In this document: positions 58,501-64,000 of the stretch, one piece after another | How positions within the stretch are numbered: position 1 is the stretch's first letter | Layout of the letters: the number at the start of each line of letters is the position of its first letter | Source: Clostridia bacterium | GTDB taxonomy: Bacteria > Bacillota > Clostridia > TANB77 > CAG-508 | Length of the DNA: 64,000 nt | Assembly: GCA_017456555.1 (NCBI GenBank) | Contig: JAFTJF010000013.1 | Span: forward strand, 31,329 to 95,328 | Direction: 5' to 3' | The notes under the pieces: generated by a model | What the model was told of the DNA's origin: nothing | Database searches by the model: none | What the model saw: only the letters and a program-made list of their open reading frames with translations | Made by a program: the position numbers and the translations under genes

Positions 58501-59267
58501 AACTTGGTGATAATTTCTATTTTGAAGGTTTTGGACCAGATGGTAAAAATGAATTAACAAATGAGTATTTAAATATTTATGGTTTCTCATTATTACATTA
58601 CGGAGCACCAGCTTGGAAAAATGAAACTAATGAGTTTGGATTTAAAGTAAGTGAAATTCCATCAAATATATATAAAGATTCCAGAAAAAATTTGATTGAA
58701 AAAAATTATAAATTATATGAAGTAAAAGGAAGAAAAGTAGAAACAAATATATTCGGAACAGATACTTGTGGTAGGTTAGTAAAAACTGGAAAGCTAGATC
58801 CATCTATTGGATTGACAACCGAATATGTGGAAAAATGTATAAATGGAAACATGTCAGAGGAAGAGTTTTTCAGACAATATTCTATTCAACATAAGCTTTT
58901 GGAACAAGAAACAAAATCTAGATTTAAAAATGCTATAAACAAATCTATTATGTTGTATAGAATTTGTCCAGACTTGGCAAGAACTAATGAGGCTAAGAAA
59001 TTATTGTCAGATATTGCAAAAGCTCCATCTGATAAATTAAACGGAACAATATTTGCGAATTGCCCAAGTTTAGGAACAATGTTGAAGATGGATGTTGAAG
59101 ATTTAAATTCGAGAATAGCAATGTTAGATAGAGCAGCAGTGAAATTTAAAGATCAGCCAGACAAATTACAATCGGCGAAATTACAAAAAGAACTGCTAGA
59201 AGAAAAAATGCAATCATTAGAAGAATTAAAGAAAAAACTAGGAGATTCTGATAGAAGCGAAAAATAG
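55533..59267 (+). CDS. SF2 (DExH) helicase-domain protein with a ~700-aa C-terminal region of degenerate Gly/Asp-rich repeats and a coiled-coil tail
   Basis: YPHQQE Q-motif-like, TGGGKS Walker A, DEVH box, QEVGRNMS motif VI-like; repeats TGTKYDLDGKDVDGY / TGTKYDLAGFDENGY / GYDKYGFNENGAH. Confidence 0.65.
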   Translation: MSLELYPHQQETCKNLTEIYKEHRSAGGMMITGGGKSFVGMHQMIAAKNNPNYHGISEDGKVQFEIANGVVNDAKIYYVSPTTDIALQIQKDIAEFILDKSEEEIKIMSPVDLEKIVRDAFPNLHFICYQGLNSANLEGPNSGINLDNATPDLVILDEVHRSGAKTFRPAISRLLGFVEYEIGDEEEYSELFENVDESKYPDYGIGGENIVVRKNPKAIPEKENIQLLSLSATPERDVDSVDMIGYWSKLIGNYTEEELSKDVRADLGIKLNLHEAVEKRNLIKPPKVISFDANLVETEQYQEMVAQITNYRISPSLRKEIEARVREINRRLFGEEKEDFHLLPQEEQDKIKLNKNAEVMAKAIQDGDFKLSGKYIVFSPSKRGKNNEIIEEIDGEEKKDNSKATMDHLKSQYGKIDEIVRLAIEKLGIEGPKKIEDYYLSSQGQDIQTNKKVLKDFDGFETTEKEPLRFVTATQKLDEGVHVAGLSGSFMLKPIAEAGETITLRGQSIRFLQEVGRNMSAGNKETRCLFDYCNNVFRQSLNKVLEADQTIKEFELNEQQQYLADQYHWLEAAIPSRGQLQDDNIKLLAVLESLRKYYTPLNADIIKGNLAKTLENPIFAEHINEIFEELRMKGFEDIANKPKSFALATNLKKARQLLYSGGKCFSTFNIKELEELGFLDRTSKDGIKEFQKSKFVIDSKGFVQSASLEHLIFQNVQTGTKYDLDGKDVDGYPENYFDEKTGRDAAGFDRRGFNEKGVHKSGQIHDERGFMTNGINIQTGTKYDLAGFDENGYRKFEIKDIDPETEQEMDIDDVVVDRDGKFHTVFRDPETGELDYGKISKVPMEYYELQSGVKIDSRGFISTNNINILTERNGYSKKTSQFRLRECTVTEKDGRTRRYMHAFVKFREKSTSKVKYMAFEGYDLEHLMKADSEFPIDGPAYNIDGYDKYGFNENGAHRETGTRFDPKGNTRLAYASSISSKTQEFLKQMKLGDNFYFEGFGPDGKNELTNEYLNIYGFSLLHYGAPAWKNETNEFGFKVSEIPSNIYKDSRKNLIEKNYKLYEVKGRKVETNIFGTDTCGRLVKTGKLDPSIGLTTEYVEKCINGNMSEEEFFRQYSIQHKLLEQETKSRFKNAINKSIMLYRICPDLARTNEAKKLLSDIAKAPSDKLNGTIFANCPSLGTMLKMDVEDLNSRIAMLDRAAVKFKDQPDKLQSAKLQKELLEEKMQSLEELKKKLGDSDRSEK

Positions 59268-59282
59268 TAGGAGAGTAAAAAT

Positions 59283-59864
59283 ATGAATAAAAATGAATTA
59301 GAAAATTCAAAAAGTTTAACTATTTACAAAAAAAATATTTTAGTAAGACTAAAAGAATTATTACAAGAGAAAAAGCAAGAACTTATCGAATCTCATATAG
59401 ATCCAGATTGGTTAAAAGCTTTTCAAAAAGCAAATAAAGAATTTAGTATGTTACCTCCAATAAATATTGATTTGAGGGAAGATTCTGATAATGTATTAAA
59501 TATTCCATACTCTAAGTCAACTAATATACCAGAAGTTCCAAGAATGACAGCTGAAGAGTTTTTAGAACAGCTTAATGACACACAAGTAACCGAAGAAATT
59601 AAAGAAAACAAAATAAATTCATCAGATGAATTAAGAGAAGCTTATGAAAAAATAAAAAAAGATGAAATTAATTTAGATGAACTTTCAGGACCAGATTTAT
59701 TAAAATTATATGCTATTCTTTCTGAAGAATTAGAAATAAAAAGAGAAAAATACAACTTTGAAGAATTAGAAGAGTATGAAAGAGAAATACAAAGAATAGA
59801 AAAAGAAAATGAAATTTTACAAGAAGAAATAGAAGAACTTGAGAAAAAATTAAATAATCAATAA
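59283..59864 (+). CDS. Coiled-coil protein (193 aa), operonic with helicase
   Basis: GGAG RBS 8 nt after helicase stop; heptad-rich, EEIEELEKKLNNQ C-terminus. Confidence 0.5.
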   Translation: MNKNELENSKSLTIYKKNILVRLKELLQEKKQELIESHIDPDWLKAFQKANKEFSMLPPINIDLREDSDNVLNIPYSKSTNIPEVPRMTAEEFLEQLNDTQVTEEIKENKINSSDELREAYEKIKKDEINLDELSGPDLLKLYAILSEELEIKREKYNFEELEEYEREIQRIEKENEILQEEIEELEKKLNNQ

Positions 59865-59869
59865 AAAAT

Positions 59870-59907
59870 ACCAGATAAACATAAGTTACATGTTTATCTG
59901 GATTTTT
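59870..59907 (+). terminator. Rho-independent terminator (ccagataaacat / atgtttatctgg, then T-run)
   Basis: perfect 12-bp inverted repeat followed by attttttt. Confidence 0.65.
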
Positions 59908-59945
59908 TTACAATTGATGGAATATCTGTTTAGATGGGAATATAA

Positions 59946-60509
59946 TTACTGAATCATTCCAGTAACTAAAATTCCTAAATTCTCACGGTAGATTCCAGCA
60001 AATTGAGAAATAGGAATTGGGTTTGTTCCAAGACCAACTTCAATAGTAAATCCAGGTCTATTGTAATTTAAAATAAACCAATCTTTATATCCTGCAAAAC
60101 TTGAACTTTCTGGAACTTGTTCTGCGTTGTAACCAGAAAGTTCTGCAAAACGATTTGCAATTTCTTGGCTTCCTGGTGGTGTTTGATTTTGATATTGATA
60201 ATAAATAACTCTTCCTTGAGTATGATAAGTTATCATTAAAGTAAAGTTGTGTCTTAAAGTGAAGGTATATAATGCTACCGCTTCAGGAGCAGTAAGTGGA
60301 CCATATCCAACGAAATCACGTGGAGCTGGTTTGTCAAATCCTTGTTCATATTTTATTCTTCGAGCTTCTTCCCAGCCTGCAGGGAACTGAAGATTTAGGT
60401 CAATTCCGTTCAATGTTCGCCTTAAATCCACTTGGGAATGGGATATCTGGAAAATTATTAGAAATACGCTGTGCATTTCTATATGCCCATGAATTTTCTG
60501 AAATTCCAC
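59946..60509 (-). pseudogene. M14-family peptidase remnant (gamma-D-Glu-DAP peptidase-like), N-terminally truncated
   Basis: contains NGIDLNLQF (degenerate DxNRNF), YHTQGRVIY, FTIEVG motifs; frame closed by TAG immediately upstream of GTG, ~60-70 N-terminal residues missing; only 89 nt to next gene. Confidence 0.5.
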
Positions 60510-60598
60510 CAGTAACTAAATCAACACCGTCGGGTTTGAGTTTCATTGGATTACATGTTGGCAATCATCTGTAATAAAATTAAATAAGGAGGGAAAAA

Positions 60599-61306
60599 TT
60601 GAATGAAGATATTAAAAGTAATTATTATGCAATTATTCCAGCGACAGTTAGATATGACAATGAATTAAAAGCTGCAGAAAAATTATTGTATGGAGAGATA
60701 ACTGCATTATCTAACAAATATGGATTTTGTTTTGCACAGAATCGTTATTTTGCAGATTTATATAAAGTGACAATAGGAACAGTTAGTAAATGGATATCCC
60801 ATTTACAAGAGCTAGGATATATTAAGGTTATTATAGAAAAGAACGAAAGAAATGAAATTCTTTTAAGAAAAATATATATTATAGACAACCCCTATAGTGA
60901 AAAAAGACAATACCCCTATGGTGAAAATAAACTATACCCTATGGTTAAAAATGACAAAGATAATATTATAAATAATAAGATAGATGATTTATTTTTATGT
61001 ATTATAAATAGAAATGAAAAAATTGAAAAATATTTTTACTTAATTTTAAATAAATTAGATATTTTATATGATGATAAAACAATAGAAATTATTACAGAAG
61101 ATAAAAAGAAAATGATTAAAGAAATTATTTATACTTTATATGAATTGTATAATAGTAATTTTAAATTTATATTAGATAGAATTGAAAGACAAACTTTATT
61201 GAATCTATATTTAATTTGCAAGGATATTGAAGTAAAAAATCAGATTCAAGATTTTATTCAATATTATAGAAAAAGTCTAATAAATCAATATAGTAATAAT
61301 TTATAG
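60599..61306 (+). CDS. HTH protein resembling phage/ICE replication-initiator (replisome organiser N-terminus)
   Basis: YYAIIPATVRYDNELKAAEKLLYGEITALS...GTVSKWISHLQELGYI winged-helix pattern; TTG start after AAGGAGGG. Confidence 0.5.
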   Translation: MNEDIKSNYYAIIPATVRYDNELKAAEKLLYGEITALSNKYGFCFAQNRYFADLYKVTIGTVSKWISHLQELGYIKVIIEKNERNEILLRKIYIIDNPYSEKRQYPYGENKLYPMVKNDKDNIINNKIDDLFLCIINRNEKIEKYFYLILNKLDILYDDKTIEIITEDKKKMIKEIIYTLYELYNSNFKFILDRIERQTLLNLYLICKDIEVKNQIQDFIQYYRKSLINQYSNNL

Positions 61307-61316
61307 GAGTTGTTTT

Positions 61317-61565
61317 ATGATAAATGAATATTTAGAGAATATAACAAATATTGGGACGAAAGTCTTATTTTTTTTATTTAAATATAGTGTTTTTTTATTA
61401 GTTATATTATTAATAATTTCTTTGATCTTATTGATAATCGGATGCTTAATAAAATCTCAAAAGATAAAAATGAGATTTTTAAAAAGTTCAATAAGTATAT
61501 TGTTGACTATGATTTTTATATTAATAATTCCTGTTATTGCTGTAAAAATAAAGTCTATAATATAA
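61317..61565 (+). CDS. Small 2-TM membrane protein
   Basis: 82 aa, two hydrophobic helices; tight spacing within module. Confidence 0.4.
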   Translation: MINEYLENITNIGTKVLFFLFKYSVFLLVILLIISLILLIIGCLIKSQKIKMRFLKSSISILLTMIFILIIPVIAVKIKSII

Positions 61566-61592
61566 CAAATATATTATTAGGAGGAGATAAAA

Positions 61593-61955
61593 ATGAAAAA
61601 AGTTTTAATTAAAATCTTATCAATTGTTTTAATTATTGGAATGCAAACTAATCTTTGTTTTGCTACAACTACTACAGGAATTGGAACTACAGAAGTAAAG
61701 ACTGCCACAGAAAATATTGAAAGAGTTATCACGAGTATTGCAATGCCGCTTGGCGGAGTTCTTATTTTTGCGAGTGTAGTTATAGCTGCTTTGAAAATGA
61801 TAGCAAATGCTAATAATCCTCAAAAGAGAGTTGAAAGTATTAGTTCTTTAGCTTGGATTTGTGGTGGAGGAGTAGTTTTAGGATTAAGTTTAATTATTAC
61901 AGGTATTATTGTAAATATTGCAACTAATAATACAGGTGGTTTATTAGGAAACTAG
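61593..61955 (+). CDS. Secreted or 2-TM protein, possible T4SS pilin-like (VirB2/TrbC-like) component
   Basis: signal peptide (…CFA/TTT), two hydrophobic segments separated by short loop; AGGAGG RBS. Confidence 0.35.
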   Translation: MKKVLIKILSIVLIIGMQTNLCFATTTTGIGTTEVKTATENIERVITSIAMPLGGVLIFASVVIAALKMIANANNPQKRVESISSLAWICGGGVVLGLSLIITGIIVNIATNNTGGLLGN

Positions 61956-61970
61956 AAAGGTGTGATAATT

Positions 61971-62267
61971 ATGCGAATATTCAAAATACCATACGATATA
62001 AAAAGAGAAGAAAAAATATTTGGTGGTTATTTAAGTTTAAGACAAGTATTATATTTGATGCTTATAGGAATAACTTGTTCTATATTTTTGCTTCCAATAC
62101 CAAAAATATTAAGTATATCTATTATAAGTATATTAGTAATTTTTTTGCTATTATGTGCATTTTTAAAGATTAATGAGCAGAACTTCGATAAGTTCTTTTT
62201 TTATGCTCTAAAATATTTATTTAGAAGAAAAAAATATGTTTTTAGAAGGGAGAATGAAGAATGTTAA
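61971..62267 (+). CDS. PrgI/TcpE-like (VirB3-like) conjugation membrane protein
   Basis: KIFGGYLSLRQVLYLMLIGI motif characteristic of PrgI family; two TM helices. Confidence 0.55.
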   Translation: MRIFKIPYDIKREEKIFGGYLSLRQVLYLMLIGITCSIFLLPIPKILSISIISILVIFLLLCAFLKINEQNFDKFFFYALKYLFRRKKYVFRRENEEC

Positions 62268-62971
62268 TAATGATAATATTTATTTGTTTGAGTTTATTAA
62301 TAGCACTATTTACTGCTGTTTATCTTAATTCTAAAAAGAAGAAAATGATAAATGATATAAAAGTAGATAATACAGAAAAGAAAAGTAACTCAAAAAAAGA
62401 ACTTAAAGACATTTTAAAGATTAAGATAAAAGATTCTATTATACAAAACGGAACAAGATATTCAAGCATTTTGAAATTAGGAAACATTGACTATAATATG
62501 TTATCAGATTCAGAACAAGAAAGTGTTGAAAGTGTATTAATTCAAACTGCTCTTGGAATTGATTATCCTATACAATTTTTTAGTACAACAGAGTATATAG
62601 ACACAACTAAAGTTGTTAAAACAATTAGAAATAATAAAACTACTAATCAAAAAGTAGAAGAGTACAAAGAAAATCTTATCTTTTATCTTGAAAATTTAAT
62701 GGAAAATAAGAGTATCTCTGTAGTTAAGAATTATGCAATTATTTCTTATGATGGATATTATGAAAATGCACTTGATGAATTAAATAGAAGAGTAGCAAAT
62801 TTTAAAGGAAGTTTGCTACGTGCAAAAATACAATGCGAATTATTAGAAGAAAATGAAATATATAATTTAATCTATCGAGAATTAAATAAAAATTCAAATG
62901 TTAAAATTGATTCTTTATTGAAAGGAAGTGAAAAGTTGTATGTCGGAAAAAAACAGAAAATTAAAAAGTAA
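62261..62971 (+). CDS. Hypothetical membrane-anchored protein (236 aa) preceding VirB4
   Basis: N-terminal TM, overlaps flanking genes by a few nt (operon). Confidence 0.4.
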   Translation: MLIMIIFICLSLLIALFTAVYLNSKKKKMINDIKVDNTEKKSNSKKELKDILKIKIKDSIIQNGTRYSSILKLGNIDYNMLSDSEQESVESVLIQTALGIDYPIQFFSTTEYIDTTKVVKTIRNNKTTNQKVEEYKENLIFYLENLMENKSISVVKNYAIISYDGYYENALDELNRRVANFKGSLLRAKIQCELLEENEIYNLIYRELNKNSNVKIDSLLKGSEKLYVGKKQKIKK

Positions 62972-64000
62972 AGATAAAAATATATTTTCAAATGTTCCAA
63001 CTATATCTGATGTTTTATTACCAGACGTATTAAAAGAAAACAAAGATTATACGTATTTAGGACATAACAAATATAGTAGACATTTTGTACTTACAATTTT
63101 TCCAGAACAAACATGGATTGGTTGGCTTGATGATTTATTTCACATTGGAAATATAAACATTTCTGTGAAAATAGATCCTACAAGTAATGGAACGGTTATT
63201 AATCAATTAACAAGAAAATTAGTGCAACATCAATCACAATATGAAACGTATAGAAGACAAGGCAATATTACACATACTCCTGAACTTGAGAAAGTAATTG
63301 CAGATTTAGAAGAATTAAGATTATTAATTCAAACTAATCAAGATAAATTGTATTTGGTAACTGTTTTTATAACATTGAATGCTAAAGATTTAAATGAATT
63401 AAATGAGAAAACTTTGATTTTAGAATCAGAGTTAAATAAAAAGACTTCTATGATAAGGTGTTTAATTTTTAGACAAACAGAAGGATTAAAAAATGTGCTG
63501 CCACTCGGAGATTATCCGATACAAAACTATGAGAGAAATATGGTAGCAGGTAGTGTTGCTAGTATGATACCAATTTCAAATCCGAATTTATCTCATAATG
63601 ATGGTGTTTTTATAGGTAGAAATATGTTTACTGCAGCTCCTGTATATATAAATACCTTTATAGGTCCTCCATCGCTTCCGAATCCTCATGTATTTATATG
63701 TGGTACTTCTGGTGGTGGTAAAAGTGTAGCTCTAAAAACTTTAACAGCTAGAAATGTTATTACGAATGGAACAGGTGCATTTTTTATTGATATAGAAGGT
63801 GAATATACTAACCTTTGTAGGCAACTTGGAGGAAAGGTAATTAAAGTAAGACAAGGTGAGAGTGCAGGAATAAATCCATTTGAATTAGAGCCGGATACTA
63901 AAGGAAATAAAGAGTTTTTGAATATATTAGATAAAGTTGCTGAAATAAGAGCATTACTTGCAACAATTTGTAGAAATTATATGGGAAGAACTCTAAATGC
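62940..64000 (+). CDS. VirB4-family T4SS ATPase (PrgJ/TcpF/Orf16-like), 3' partial (runs off window)
   Basis: Walker A HVFICGTSGGGKSVALKT at nt ~63690; ATG 62940 overlaps upstream gene; no stop before window end. Confidence 0.7.
   Translation, partial: MSEKNRKLKSKDKNIFSNVPTISDVLLPDVLKENKDYTYLGHNKYSRHFVLTIFPEQTWIGWLDDLFHIGNINISVKIDPTSNGTVINQLTRKLVQHQSQYETYRRQGNITHTPELEKVIADLEELRLLIQTNQDKLYLVTVFITLNAKDLNELNEKTLILESELNKKTSMIRCLIFRQTEGLKNVLPLGDYPIQNYERNMVAGSVASMIPISNPNLSHNDGVFIGRNMFTAAPVYINTFIGPPSLPNPHVFICGTSGGGKSVALKTLTARNVITNGTGAFFIDIEGEYTNLCRQLGGKVIKVRQGESAGINPFELEPDTKGNKEFLNILDKVAEIRALLATICRNYMGRTLN

Larger units (their letters stand above)
60560..64000 (+). mobile_element. Left end of an integrated conjugative element / Gram-positive T4SS module (continues beyond window)
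   Basis: co-directional, tightly packed HTH-Rep-like, small membrane proteins, PrgI-like and VirB4-like genes abutting a truncated host gene. Confidence 0.5.

Noticed and set aside
60296-60574. 92-aa + strand ORF overlapping the M14 remnant
   Set aside because: Antisense to motif-bearing peptidase fragment. No RBS.

Overview
The base composition (AT-rich), the presence of spoIIE, ypeB and a Spo0E-like gene, and the protein families all point to a low-GC, sporulating Firmicute chromosome, probably Clostridia-like. The window reads in this order:

- A cell-shape and division cluster, radC-mreC-mreD-pbp2-minC, which lacks mreB and minD/minE.
- A two-gene operon for giant surface adhesins of 1,699 and 2,899 residues. 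They carry DUF11, CnaB-type and SdrD-B-like repeats, and end in membrane anchors that resemble sortase sorting signals.
- Sporulation genes spoIIE and ypeB, flanked by a glycolipid glycosyltransferase and an alpha/beta hydrolase.
- An unusual murF-ddl pair. MurF carries an N-terminal 4-TM extension, and Ddl has Gly/Lys-rich low-complexity segments replacing its omega-loop and forming a C-terminal tail.
- A J-domain protein, followed by a decayed conjugative remnant whose VirD4/TraG coupling protein is split by a +1 frameshift.
- yhaO/yhaN-like (sbcCD-like) genes and prfA, then a ZIP zinc transporter pseudogene broken by at least three frameshifts.
- A two-gene module lying beside tRNA-Cys and tRNA-Gly. 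Its 660-aa protein carries two R-N-x-x-A-H-G-N motifs of the HEPN Rx4H type, at residues 120 and 546, and a 148-aa partner gene overlaps its stop. This is the best candidate for a novel RNA-targeting defence or abortive-infection system.
- Housekeeping genes: an SPFH protein, an M16 peptidase pair, lgt, a NUDIX hydrolase, an MscS channel, a patatin-like phospholipase, a cytoplasmic alpha-amylase, an SDR oxidoreductase and a YjjX-like ITPase.
- A 1,244-aa SF2/DExH helicase with a long C-terminal array of degenerate G/D repeats, followed by a coiled-coil partner.
- An M14 peptidase remnant that appears to lack its N-terminal part, lying at the left junction of an integrated conjugative element that runs off the window end. 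The element begins with an HTH replication-type protein, then small membrane proteins including a PrgI/VirB3-like one, then a VirB4-like ATPase.

No CRISPR array or rRNA was seen.
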